Virus record (IMG/VR): IMGVR_UViG_3300032268_001296
Coordinates: 32,001-96,000 of that record
Length of the DNA stretch: 64,000 bases
Direction: 5' to 3' (one strand)
From: a virus
In this document: positions 27,829-37,470 of the stretch, piece by piece
Position numbering within the stretch: position 1 is the stretch's first letter
Layout: each line of letters starts with the position of its first letter
Position numbers and translations under genes: made by a program
Notes under the pieces: model-generated
Seen by the model: only the letters and a program-made list of their open reading frames with translations
Told to the model about the DNA's origin: nothing
Database searches by the model: none

Positions 27829-28539
27829 TTATTTATTTTTATTCCTTCTCTTTTCCCAAGCCGCTCTCATTTTTTCTTTAGCAGATTCGCTATGTTTTTT
27901 TCCATACATATTATTCGACTCTCCAGAGTTTAAATTTTGTAATTTTTTTCGAGTTTCTTCTGAAATTGAATTTTTTTTATAGTAATCAATCATTATTTTT
28001 CTATGCTGTTCTTTTTTTTCATCACTCCAATACTTAGCATTAAATAATTTAATTTTTTCACGCTGCTCTTCAGAGATCCATGGTTTGCCGCTATTCTTTC
28101 TAGTTTCAATCATTTTTCTATAAGATTCTTTTGATCTATTTTTGAGAGCTTCTTTTTGTTTTTCGATTGTTTCTTTTGATTTTGGTTTTTTCATTTTGTT
28201 TTTTGTAGATTCAGATAGTTTGTATCCGCCCTTATTAACAAAATCTTTTCCGCCGTTATGTAAGTTAAGAAACTTTTCGTTTTCAGCAGCATTGACCTTC
28301 TTAAGAAATCTATTTTCATAAATTAAAGCTTGTTTTCCATTTTCAAAAACTTTAATTTTTAATACTAAGAATGAATTAATTCCATCTTTTTCAATTAATT
28401 TTTTGACTACTTTAGAGGTTGTTCTATAACCTTCTTGAGTCATTAAGTTACATGGATCTGCTGAAGAATTAATTTTGCAGCCAGCATAATATTTTTGACT
28501 TGGAATATGTTTTATAATATAAAAATACGGCTGTGTCAT
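27829..28539 (-). mobile_element. Free-standing homing endonuclease (GIY-YIG-like plus NUMOD3-type repeats); start likely ATG 28539
   Basis: PYFYIIK...YYAGC N-terminus; SESTKNKM, SEETRKKL, GESNNMYGKKHSESAKEKMR repeats; lies between intact nrdB and nrdA. Confidence 0.8.
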
Positions 28540-28571
28540 AATATGTTTTACACCAAACGACCTGTTGAATA

Positions 28572-29543
28572 TCAAAATAATTCAAGTTCATCAAAACATT
28601 GAGATTTTTTAGAATACCCAATATCTTTACTATGAAAGAAGTCGGTCATGTTATTCCCTAAAAGCTCTTCATCGAACCAAGTCGTTAATGATAACAGATC
28701 TTGATCAATTTCAAAGACTTTTTTAAAGCCAATTTGAGCCATCGATTCATTGATTCTGTTTTTGATGAACTCTTTGAGAATTGGTGCAGACAAAAACTCT
28801 TCATTCAATCCATTGATCATCCAGTCTACAATCTTGCTTTCAGATTCAAAAGCTTGAACTGCTTCATGAGCGATCTTTGACTCAAGATCAGAATCAAATA
28901 GTTCTGGATACTCTTCTCTGATAGTATTGATAATTTTGATGCCAACTAGAGCATGGATATTTTCTTCATTGCGAGTGTACTTGACTTGTTGATCAGTATC
29001 CTTCAATACATTTTTGAAACGAGCAAAATGATTAATAATATAGAACTGACTAAACAAAGAAACGTTTTCAACGAAAAGAGTAAAAAGAATCAAAGCATAC
29101 AAATATTGTTTTTTTGAATCTTTGTAAAATTTGTGAGTATACTTTCTGAGGTATTTAACTCTACCTTGAATCCACTCAAGCTTAAGGTTTTCTTCAAAAA
29201 TATCTTCTAAATCTAAAACGTTAAGAAGCCTTTCATATGCATTGTTGTGAATAACCTCCACGTTGGCCATAACGTAGCCTAAATCCTGCATGGATGGGTG
29301 TGGGAGGTTGTCTCCAAGCTTTGCCCAAAAGGTCTTTACGGCGACTTCTATTTGCCCAATTGCCGAAAGGGTTCTCACGATCACTTCTCTTTCTTGATCG
29401 GTGAGAGAGACCTTAAATTGTTGAACATCAGACTTGAAATTGAACTCCTTGTCAGTCCAAAAGCCATTATGCATTGCCTCTATAAATTGCTCTGTCCATG
29501 GGTATCTATTTGGCTTTCTTGAAACTTGCTCGGTAAAAATCAT
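28572..29543 (-). CDS. nrdB: Ribonucleotide reductase beta subunit
   Basis: FW, EVIHNNAY, VENVSLFSQF, EENIH, DFFH...GYSK. Confidence 0.95.
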   Translation of the reverse strand: MIFTEQVSRKPNRYPWTEQFIEAMHNGFWTDKEFNFKSDVQQFKVSLTDQEREVIVRTLSAIGQIEVAVKTFWAKLGDNLPHPSMQDLGYVMANVEVIHNNAYERLLNVLDLEDIFEENLKLEWIQGRVKYLRKYTHKFYKDSKKQYLYALILFTLFVENVSLFSQFYIINHFARFKNVLKDTDQQVKYTRNEENIHALVGIKIINTIREEYPELFDSDLESKIAHEAVQAFESESKIVDWMINGLNEEFLSAPILKEFIKNRINESMAQIGFKKVFEIDQDLLSLTTWFDEELLGNNMTDFFHSKDIGYSKKSQCFDELELF

Positions 29544-29560
29544 AGTAGTATATTTTACAC

Positions 29561-29851
29561 GGTACTTTAGATCCAGCTCTTTTGCAACTGAAAATTTTTC
29601 TTAATTATTTTCTTGACAACTAGAAAAAATATACTACGATTACGTAGTTGCTTTTCGATTAAAAAACAAAGAACTTTTGATGAGCCAAGAACAAACAACG
29701 ATTAATATACTACGAATACGATTAAATTAATTTTAAGTGAAGTTGTTCTATGCGTATTCGGTTTTCCTTTCTAAAGTTATCCAAAATTAATTTAATGCAT
29801 GAAAATTTTGATTATTGACAAATTTGAGAACATCTGATATATTACATTGAC
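29561..29851. promoter_or_regulatory. Divergent AT-rich control region with repeats (candidate origin or operator)
   Basis: Strand switch; TATACTACGAwTACG x2, CGATTA x4; TTGACA(29815)-17-TATATT before ATG 29852; GTGTAA on the - strand at 29555-29560. Confidence 0.55.
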
Positions 29852-30133
29852 ATGTCAAAAGAAACCGTATATCAGTCGTACCTCTGCTCTAGCGCAGACT
29901 GGAATATCGTTATCGACGATGCAGTATCTCATGAAACTGCTGCTTCTTTAGCTTTAGAAAAGCTTTTGGAATCCGATGGCGATAAATTTTCAGTTGGAGC
30001 TGTCATTTCAGTGATTCCAATCAAAAAAGACATAGAGGAAACTCGTCTTATATACTCACCTTCTGTTTTGGCAGATATCGGTATGCATAAATATGCTGCT
30101 GAATTAATTAAACATATTGACAAAGATGATTGA
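29852..30133 (+). CDS. Hypothetical protein
   Basis: 93 aa, 8 nt after a sigma70 -10 element. Confidence 0.7.
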   Translation: MSKETVYQSYLCSSADWNIVIDDAVSHETAASLALEKLLESDGDKFSVGAVISVIPIKKDIEETRLIYSPSVLADIGMHKYAAELIKHIDKDD

Positions 30134-30641
30134 AAATAATAACTTATCTATTGTTCAGATTAACTCTGAATCTAATGTATTGAAGCCTGCTCATATTGGT
30201 GATGCTGGATACGATGTAATAGCTGCTTCAGATCCAATTATTGTTGGCAAGCGACAACTTGACTATTACTATAGTTCTATTGATTATATAGAATACGATA
30301 CAGATTTAATTATCTCTCCGCAAGAAGGATATCATACTTTTGCTTTCCCAAGGTCTTCAATTTCTAAGACTAACTTAACAATGGCTAATAGTATTGGTCT
30401 TATTGATAACGGGTATAGAGGTACTATTAAGTTTAGATTTAAATATGTGCCTCAGCCAGATAATTATATTATTGGGCATGGCGGTCTACTACTTGAAGTA
30501 GATAAATCTAAGATTTATAAGAAGGGCGATAAGATCGGGCAGCTTGTGTTCGCAAAAACATATACTCCAGATCTTCATCTTGTTTCATCTTTTGAAGAAA
30601 CCAATAGAAATTCGGGAGGCTTTGGCAGCACTGGAGCGTGA
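30126..30641 (+). CDS. dut: Trimeric dUTPase
   Basis: AGYDV, PRSS, GLIDNGYRG, IGQL, RNSGGFGSTG. Confidence 0.95.
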   Translation: MIENNNLSIVQINSESNVLKPAHIGDAGYDVIAASDPIIVGKRQLDYYYSSIDYIEYDTDLIISPQEGYHTFAFPRSSISKTNLTMANSIGLIDNGYRGTIKFRFKYVPQPDNYIIGHGGLLLEVDKSKIYKKGDKIGQLVFAKTYTPDLHLVSSFEETNRNSGGFGSTGA

Positions 30642-31225
30642 AAATTATTGGAATTTCTGGTGCCGCAAGAAGCGGCAAAGATACATTTGCTGATTGTTTG
30701 ATCGAAGTTTTGAGCAGCATGAACATCGCTTCTCATAAAATGTCTTTCGCAAATCAATTAAAGATCGAAGTAAAAGACTTCTTGCAAAAGACAATCGGAA
30801 TTGACTCTTTTACTCAAGATGATGAGGAAAAAAAGATAATCCGACCATTTCTAGTAACATGGGGAACTGAAGTTCGGAGAAAGCAGAATCCAAATATCTG
30901 GATCGATCATGTTGAATCTCAACTTGATGAAAACAAAGTTAACATTATAACTGATGTTAGGTTTGGTAATGAAATGGATTGGCTTAAAGACAAAGGAGGA
31001 TATTCTGTTTTTGTAAGCAGATATCTAGAAAATGGCGCTATGGTTGAACCAGCAAATGAAACAGAATCTGAGAATAACGATATTCTCATAAATCGTTCTG
31101 ATTTCCAATTATCTTGGACTACTGTTGAAAATTTAAACTGGCTAACAGCCGTAGCTTATGAAACACTTCATAAGCTTGTTCCAGAAAAAGAATTAGAATT
31201 ATGGACTCAGACTTGTCGCTTATAA
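30638..31225 (+). CDS. Deoxynucleoside monophosphate kinase
   Basis: IGISGAARSGKDT, SFANQLK, WGTEVRR, ITDVRFGNE. Confidence 0.9.
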   Translation: MKIIGISGAARSGKDTFADCLIEVLSSMNIASHKMSFANQLKIEVKDFLQKTIGIDSFTQDDEEKKIIRPFLVTWGTEVRRKQNPNIWIDHVESQLDENKVNIITDVRFGNEMDWLKDKGGYSVFVSRYLENGAMVEPANETESENNDILINRSDFQLSWTTVENLNWLTAVAYETLHKLVPEKELELWTQTCRL

Positions 31226-31770
31226 TCAAAATAAAAGATAATCAGGACAGTGATAGTCTAAAAGAGTTGATAAATAGGCACTCTGGTATTTATCTTGATA
31301 TGGTTAATAAAACTGTATCTGATAGTTGTAACTTTATTAATAAAGCAGATATAATACTAGATAAAGACTTTTCTATTTATTCTGCCGCTTTAAAATATAA
31401 AGCAGATAAAAATACAAAATTCCCAACTTATTTGGCAAATGAAACTCGCTGGAAGTGCCTCAATCTATATAATAAGAATAAAAAAATGATTGAAGAGCCT
31501 CTTGATGATTCAATCAAGGAAAAACAAAGCTCAGAGGATTTCTTGTCAGATGTTCAGTCTAAGGAAATCTTGAAAAGAGTTTTAGACATGGCTGAAAAAA
31601 ATTCAGATTCAAGAGTGAAAAAGATTATTGACATGAGATACTCTTTCGGATATAATAAAGCTCATTCTTGGAAAGAAATCTCCAAAGAACTTAATATGAG
31701 TATTCAAGGATGTATTGATATTCATAATAAGTTTATCAACAAAGCAAAAAACGAAATAAAAAATGTATAA
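31201..31770 (+). CDS. Phage sigma70-family factor (regions 2 and 4)
   Basis: KELINRH, KYKADKNTKFPTY, KKIIDMRY...SWKEISKELNMS (HTH). Confidence 0.8.
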   Translation: MDSDLSLIIKIKDNQDSDSLKELINRHSGIYLDMVNKTVSDSCNFINKADIILDKDFSIYSAALKYKADKNTKFPTYLANETRWKCLNLYNKNKKMIEEPLDDSIKEKQSSEDFLSDVQSKEILKRVLDMAEKNSDSRVKKIIDMRYSFGYNKAHSWKEISKELNMSIQGCIDIHNKFINKAKNEIKNV

Positions 31771-32146
31771 CACAATTATCGCAATCGGTCATCTTGTTAA
31801 AGATCCAGAAACTCGCGTCACGAATACTGGAAAGTCTATTTGCACTTTCCGAATTTGTATCTCTGAAAGTAACGCAAAGAATAAGTGTTTTATTGATGTG
31901 GAAACTTGGGAGAAGACTGCTGAAGTTTGCCAAAAGTATTTGGTAAAGGGTCGTGAAGCAATGGTGGAAGGAGAACTTTCCATGTCTAGTTGGACTGGAA
32001 AAGATGGAAATGCTCAAAGCAAGATGTTCATCAAGGGAAATAAGGTTAAGTTCCTTGGTGGTGGACAAAAAAGCGATAAGCCTACAACTTCCGCAGCAGT
32101 TGTCGATTCTGAATCAAGCGACACCGACGAAGATATTCCGTTCTAA
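31763..32146 (+). CDS. ssb: Single-stranded DNA-binding protein
   Basis: IGHLVKDPE, W...AE, KG..VEGEL, C-terminal DEDIPF. Confidence 0.95.
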   Translation: MYNTIIAIGHLVKDPETRVTNTGKSICTFRICISESNAKNKCFIDVETWEKTAEVCQKYLVKGREAMVEGELSMSSWTGKDGNAQSKMFIKGNKVKFLGGGQKSDKPTTSAAVVDSESSDTDEDIPF

Positions 32147-33225
32147 TGAAAAAACTACTTATTGAAGCTCCGTTGAACTCTTTGAGTTTTGGCAACGTCT
32201 CTTATAACATTCTTCGTGAAATCTCGAAGATGGAAATCGACGTTGGGCTTTTCCCAGTTGGGAATCCAGATCTTTCTGCATTTGAACAAGATTCTCTATT
32301 TAATGATTGGCTTCAAAAGTCGATTAATCAAAGATGGGATATTCTAGCTGATAAGCCAGCTTCTTTTAAGTTGTGGCATCTTAATGGTAGCGAAAATCGC
32401 AAGTCTCAAAATCAAAGTCTTTTGACTTTTTATGAGTGTAGCGAGCCCACTAAACAAGAAGTATCTGTCTGTAAGTCTCAGGACAGAACTTTCTTTAGTT
32501 CTAATTACGCGAAATCTTTGTTTGAAGATTCTGGCTGCAATAATTGCAGTTTTGTCCCAATGGGATTTGATAGTGATTTCCACGTAAACAACAAAACCTA
32601 TTTAAGTGGAGTTATCCACTTTGGTTTGATGGGAAAATTTGAGAAGAGGAAGCATACTGAGAAAATCATCAAGGCTTGGCTCAAGAAATTTGGCAATGAT
32701 AATAGATATCAGCTTACTTGCTGTGTTACGAACCCATTCTTCAAGCCAGAGCAGATGCAGGCAATTATTGCTTCTGTCTTAGATGGAAAGAGATATACAA
32801 ATATAAACTTCCTTCCATATCTGAAGACAAACAAAGAAGTCAATGAGCTAATGAATGCTATTGATATCGACTTGACTGGTCTTAGTGGCGCAGAAGGCTG
32901 GAATCTTCCAAGCTTTAATGCAACTTGTCTTGGCAAGTGGAGCGTTATTTTGAATGCTACATCTCACAAAGATTGGGCAAATTCACAAAACAGTATCTTA
33001 GTTGAGCCAAGTAGAAAAATTCCAGTTTACGATAACTTCTTCTTTTCTAAAGGATCTGAATACAATCAAGGAGAAATCTTTGATTGGAATGAAGACGAAG
33101 TTATTTCAGCTATGCAAATTGCGGCTGATAAATATGGATCAGTTAACACAGAAGGTTTAAACCTTTCTAAAGAAATGACATATAAGAATACTGCTGATAA
33201 AATACTCAGCTCCATTTTTGAATAA
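32146..33225 (+). CDS. GT4-like glycosyltransferase
   Basis: GKFEKRK, SGAEGWNLP, ATCLGK. Confidence 0.8.
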   Translation: MKKLLIEAPLNSLSFGNVSYNILREISKMEIDVGLFPVGNPDLSAFEQDSLFNDWLQKSINQRWDILADKPASFKLWHLNGSENRKSQNQSLLTFYECSEPTKQEVSVCKSQDRTFFSSNYAKSLFEDSGCNNCSFVPMGFDSDFHVNNKTYLSGVIHFGLMGKFEKRKHTEKIIKAWLKKFGNDNRYQLTCCVTNPFFKPEQMQAIIASVLDGKRYTNINFLPYLKTNKEVNELMNAIDIDLTGLSGAEGWNLPSFNATCLGKWSVILNATSHKDWANSQNSILVEPSRKIPVYDNFFFSKGSEYNQGEIFDWNEDEVISAMQIAADKYGSVNTEGLNLSKEMTYKNTADKILSSIFE

Positions 33226-33241
33226 TAAAAGGAGGTCTAAC

Positions 33242-33637
33242 TTGCCAATCTACATATATCACAATACGGAAACAGATGAGTATATTGAAATCGTTCAGTC
33301 TATGAACGAAGTTCATGAATACTTTGGTAAAAACGGAGATGAGAATACTTGGAAGCGAGTATTTACTGTTCCGAATGCTTCAATTGATTCTCAAGTAGAC
33401 CCCTTTTCATCTAAGCAATTTGTAGATAAAACACAAAACAAAAAAGGCACATATGGAGACCTTCTTGATAGAAGCGCAGAACTGAGCGATAAGAGAGCGG
33501 CTTTAGCTGGAGGTAAAGATCCAGTTAAAGAGAAATACTTCTCTGATTATTCTGCGAAACGTAAGGGAGCAAGGCATCCAGATCAAATGAAATCATTCGA
33601 AAATAATAAAGTCAAAGTTGACTTCGGCAAAAGTTAA
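33242..33637 (+). CDS. FmdB-like small protein (Cys-less); TTG start
   Basis: MPIYIY...E.IEIVQSM...WKRVF; AAGGAGG SD at 33229-33235. Confidence 0.6.
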   Translation: MPIYIYHNTETDEYIEIVQSMNEVHEYFGKNGDENTWKRVFTVPNASIDSQVDPFSSKQFVDKTQNKKGTYGDLLDRSAELSDKRAALAGGKDPVKEKYFSDYSAKRKGARHPDQMKSFENNKVKVDFGKS

Positions 33638-33927
33638 CTTGCTTGATTTTCTGATTCAAGAAGTTGAACTACTTCAATAATTTTGGCCATTGCTTCAGAA
33701 AATTCTGGAATTTCTTCTATTTTATGCCATAGATTTTCAATACGAAAATGCCTAGGTTGATTCAGCACTTCCTTTTTGCCTGCATTATAAGGTAGCACTT
33801 CTATAATTGCTCTTCCATCTGATTTTGCATTTGGAGTATCTATAATAACTCTTGATATCCATAGAGAGTCAAAAACTACTTCTTCTGAAGAAGGCACTAT
33901 AACTGGTGATGTATTTTGTATTAACAT
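33634..33927 (-). CDS. Hypothetical protein (fibre-associated?)
   Basis: 97 aa, downstream of a fibre-like gene. Confidence 0.55.
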   Translation of the reverse strand: MLIQNTSPVIVPSSEEVVFDSLWISRVIIDTPNAKSDGRAIIEVLPYNAGKKEVLNQPRHFRIENLWHKIEEIPEFSEAMAKIIEVVQLLESENQAS

Positions 33928-33930
33928 ATA

Positions 33931-34527
33931 TTAGAAAGATTGTAAAAAAGTTCTTCTCCATCCTCCAGCTGTGCCAGTGCATACATATAAACCACTACCA
34001 CTAACTCTCAATTCTCCAAATTGTCCAGCTTGAGATGAAGCTCCACTGAATTGAGGCAATAAGACTTTGATTCCAGAATTAAATGATCCTCCACCGAAAG
34101 TATTAAATCCTTGATCTCCAAAAAAATTTTGAGCCCTTGAGCCAAAATTATTTATTGTATCTCCTCCTTCATTTTGGTCTCCAAAAGCATTTGTTAGACA
34201 ATTTACACCAAAAGTATTTTGTTGAGCATCTTGCCCAAACTCATTATTAAGAGATGAATTTCCAAAATAATTAGTTGCGAAACCTCCAAAATCATTAGTT
34301 GATGCTATAACACCAAAACTATTATTTGATGCTCCATTACCAAAACTTGCAGCAGCTATATTGCTCGCGAATGTCTTAATTCCACTTATAGTTTGTGCGC
34401 CAGTTCTAGTAACAACATTAGCTCCATCCCAATTGACTGCTGCATTATTACCCAATGTTATATTGGTACCACTTTGATTTAATAAATACTGAAAAGTAGT
34501 ATTAACTGGATTTGGACCTAAGTTCAT
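33931..34527 (-). CDS. Short fibre-like virion protein
   Basis: VTRTGAQTISGIKTF, N-x-F-G repeats, GELRVSGSGLYVC...WRR end; GTGTAA 10 nt upstream. Confidence 0.6.
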   Translation of the reverse strand: MNLGPNPVNTTFQYLLNQSGTNITLGNNAAVNWDGANVVTRTGAQTISGIKTFASNIAAASFGNGASNNSFGVIASTNDFGGFATNYFGNSSLNNEFGQDAQQNTFGVNCLTNAFGDQNEGGDTINNFGSRAQNFFGDQGFNTFGGGSFNSGIKVLLPQFSGASSQAGQFGELRVSGSGLYVCTGTAGGWRRTFLQSF

Positions 34528-34549
34528 TCTTTTATTTTTACACTTATTA

Positions 34550-35737
34550 TTATATATCGTTCCAATTAACAGTTATGTTTTGCCATAAAAAGTTTAAATT
34601 ATTCCAAGTAATAGCATTTGGAATATTTCTCTTCATGAGAAATCCACCAGTTTCATTAGCTTCAAAAGAGAAATCAGCATTGAATGAAATAGTATTATTA
34701 ACTGTTGAAGAAAAACTTAAATTTTCTAGCTTTGCATTTTCTATTCTATAAAAACCTGTAACTAATCTATCAGAATCTCTAAAAGATACTTCAAAAGAAT
34801 AACCGCTTTCACTTGTTAGTATAGATTGAAATTGTCCACTTGATATTCCAGACACTAAGCAAGATATTCCAGCTTTTCCATTAACTGGATATTCTAATTT
34901 GCGACCATAAACATAATTGCTGCCAAGACCATATAAATCAGTTCTAGATAAATCCAAATTTAAATCAAAACTCTGCAATATTGGATTTCCTACAGCATCT
35001 AATGTTATACCTCCTACTTGCAGATTGTTTAGTTGAAATGAGCTATTATTAGATACGACTACTGGAGGATTGAATTCGTTTCTTAGTTTTGGATCATTGG
35101 ATATATATCCATCTTTTAAACTATCATATAATCCAGAAAGATCTAAAAATCCAGATCCACTATTGTTTCCAGATATACTGTTAATTGCTGGAATAGATAT
35201 TCTTCCTCCAGTTATATTTTCGAATCTAACATTAGAAGCAGAAAATCCAACATCCACAACTGGCACAGAATTTAAATTAAATGAAACAGAATAACTGTTT
35301 AAGAAGCAATTGCCAAAAGTTAAAGCTTGCATTCCGCTAAAATTAACTGAAGAAGCTGGCTTTTTAAAATCATCAAATCCATCTTTAATATCTTCTGGAT
35401 CAACGATTACATATATGTTTTGATCTCTATTTTTAAGATCTCTAACGCATGGCGCATATCCAGATCCGCTAGCATTAAATCCAAACAATATCTCATTGCT
35501 GCAATATGGATTTAAGTAGTAACTTAAACTTACATTCGCTTGTGGCGCTCTAACAATATGATTTACAGCATAAGACTGGCTTCCTACTTGTTTTATCTTT
35601 TGGTGCTCGTTTGAAATAGAAAAATCACACTTTTGAACGAGAGGAAATAATCTTGCAGTATCTCCTGTTGTTTTCCAAGCTGGAAAATCTCCCATTGCGA
35701 TAAACGCAGAATTACTTTTTAATACTTGTCGATTCAT
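34550..35737 (-). CDS. Tail-tube paralogue (minor tail / tip protein)
   Basis: Aligns by eye to 49820-50956 (VQKCDFSIS vs VQSANYNFS; VSLSYYL vs LDFSYYL; IENAKLE vs IKGAKLD). Confidence 0.65.
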   Translation of the reverse strand: MNRQVLKSNSAFIAMGDFPAWKTTGDTARLFPLVQKCDFSISNEHQKIKQVGSQSYAVNHIVRAPQANVSLSYYLNPYCSNEILFGFNASGSGYAPCVRDLKNRDQNIYVIVDPEDIKDGFDDFKKPASSVNFSGMQALTFGNCFLNSYSVSFNLNSVPVVDVGFSASNVRFENITGGRISIPAINSISGNNSGSGFLDLSGLYDSLKDGYISNDPKLRNEFNPPVVVSNNSSFQLNNLQVGGITLDAVGNPILQSFDLNLDLSRTDLYGLGSNYVYGRKLEYPVNGKAGISCLVSGISSGQFQSILTSESGYSFEVSFRDSDRLVTGFYRIENAKLENLSFSSTVNNTISFNADFSFEANETGGFLMKRNIPNAITWNNLNFLWQNITVNWNDI

Positions 35738-36681
35738 GTTCCTGTAGGTATTATGCCCAGTGGGTCTTCAATTAGATTGATTTCAATATTATGGGAATCT
35801 AAGTAGTTCCAAGAATGACTCCAAGATGGAGCGTAAAAAACCTTCGGTCTATTATAAACAGATGGTATCTGATGTAAAAATCTTCTATACCCAGCTTTAT
35901 TTTCTAAAAAGTGCATTATAGACTTAGCTTCAATTGTTGGTATATTTGTGAATTTATAAGATAGGTTTACTGGAGCCAAATGTTTTCTAGTTTTGATTCT
36001 TTGAATAAATGAATTCTTAAATTCTATTTTATCTACTTTAATCTGAACATCATTTTGAAGACCGATATCTGGTTCAAAAAAGAAAGATTGAGTCCACTTT
36101 GAACTTGATCCAGTTGGACCGTCTATGCTTGGCGAAGACGAAGTGTGATCTCCTGAACAATAATAATAGTTGTTTAATTTGTTGCTGCTTATGCCGCTAT
36201 AAATTATATCATACTTTTTATATGATCTTCCTGTTGACCAATGCTGCAAACCAGAGTTTATAAATGTCATTCCAGACCAATTTAATAAAGTCGGAGCTTG
36301 ATTAACATCAATTGATATTGCCACTTCATAGTGGTTTTTATTAATGTGATTTACTGCATAATTATCAGTTACTCCACTGATTGGCTTATAAAAAGCTGAA
36401 GCATCAGAGAATCTATATAATTCACATCCAGACTTTGACTCTATAAAATTTACAAGTTTTTGAGAATCAAATTGATTTAAATCAAATCTTAATTCAAACT
36501 TCGCATCTAGACTATTTATTGATAATGGAATTAAATTATAGTATCCATCTTGAGTTTCATAAACGTTTGCTTTAGAAGAAAACGAAACTCTAGATCCATA
36601 AACTGGACTATATGTTAATCCAGTAATTCTATTTCCAGAACTAAGTAATATGTTATTACTTCTATCGTAAAATGTACTCAT
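35734..36681 (-). CDS. Minor tail protein (distal-tail-like, duplicated domain)
   Basis: Follows TMP; internal repeat KLVNFIESKSG / SIMHFLENKAG. Confidence 0.6.
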   Translation of the reverse strand: MSTFYDRSNNILLSSGNRITGLTYSPVYGSRVSFSSKANVYETQDGYYNLIPLSINSLDAKFELRFDLNQFDSQKLVNFIESKSGCELYRFSDASAFYKPISGVTDNYAVNHINKNHYEVAISIDVNQAPTLLNWSGMTFINSGLQHWSTGRSYKKYDIIYSGISSNKLNNYYYCSGDHTSSSPSIDGPTGSSSKWTQSFFFEPDIGLQNDVQIKVDKIEFKNSFIQRIKTRKHLAPVNLSYKFTNIPTIEAKSIMHFLENKAGYRRFLHQIPSVYNRPKVFYAPSWSHSWNYLDSHNIEINLIEDPLGIIPTGT

Positions 36682-37469
36682 GAATGTCCTATATAGTTTA
36701 ATGTTAATTTAACTCCACCATCTGCCGAGCTTGATAAAGATTCAGAAACTAAAGATGCTTTTGGAATTGTTAACTGTTGAAGAACAGTGGAGTTATCTCT
36801 GGATCTAATTGCAAATGATACTGTTTTGTTTTGGCGAGAGTTTAAAAATCCAGTACTGTTAGATAAGAAAGCATCGTCCACATCTATTTGAACAGAAGCG
36901 GAGTATTCTACAACTGGCATCGTTACTATTTCTTTTGGCAAGATAGATCCTATTGAATAAATTGGTATCCTATCTATTTTAATAGAATAATCAAAACCAA
37001 CAACTCTATTCGTAGAAGTATTGTCGCATGTGACAGATATAGATCCTTGATTTGGAATATGAATCGCTGGAGAAGCAATAGATCCAGATGCATTTTTTGT
37101 TCCAGTCACCATATCATCATAAACAACAATATTGCTTGTGATTTTTGGAATAGATCCGACCGCGCAATTAACTAAGTATTCAGTTAAGTATCCACTGCGA
37201 AATCCATAGTTATTGCCATCGTAATTTATACTTCCGCTTATATTGTTTTCTCCAGTATAATTAATCAATCCGCCGCTGTGTATTAAGTTTTGCGATATTG
37301 ATACTTTTTGTTGTGGAGGACCACTAACAACAGTTTGGCCAACTGAATACCCAAGAGCTTTTAAAACGTTAGAAGATTGAGAATACGAAAATTCTACATT
37401 CTCTACACCAATTACTTCTTGGCCAGATATAAATAGTTTGTTTTCGTAATTTGAAATTTGTCCAAACAT
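36678..37469 (-). CDS. Tail-tube-like minor tail protein
   Basis: Directly after TMP; FDYSIKIDRIPIYSIG and TIPKASLVSESLSSS resemble the tube C-terminus. Confidence 0.6.
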   Translation of the reverse strand: MFGQISNYENKLFISGQEVIGVENVEFSYSQSSNVLKALGYSVGQTVVSGPPQQKVSISQNLIHSGGLINYTGENNISGSINYDGNNYGFRSGYLTEYLVNCAVGSIPKITSNIVVYDDMVTGTKNASGSIASPAIHIPNQGSISVTCDNTSTNRVVGFDYSIKIDRIPIYSIGSILPKEIVTMPVVEYSASVQIDVDDAFLSNSTGFLNSRQNKTVSFAIRSRDNSTVLQQLTIPKASLVSESLSSSADGGVKLTLNYIGHS

Positions 37470-37470
37470 T

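Noticed and set aside
26171-29543. Group I intron or intein in RNR suggested by the endonuclease
   Set aside because: nrdA and nrdB are each complete and uninterrupted; the endonuclease is intergenic
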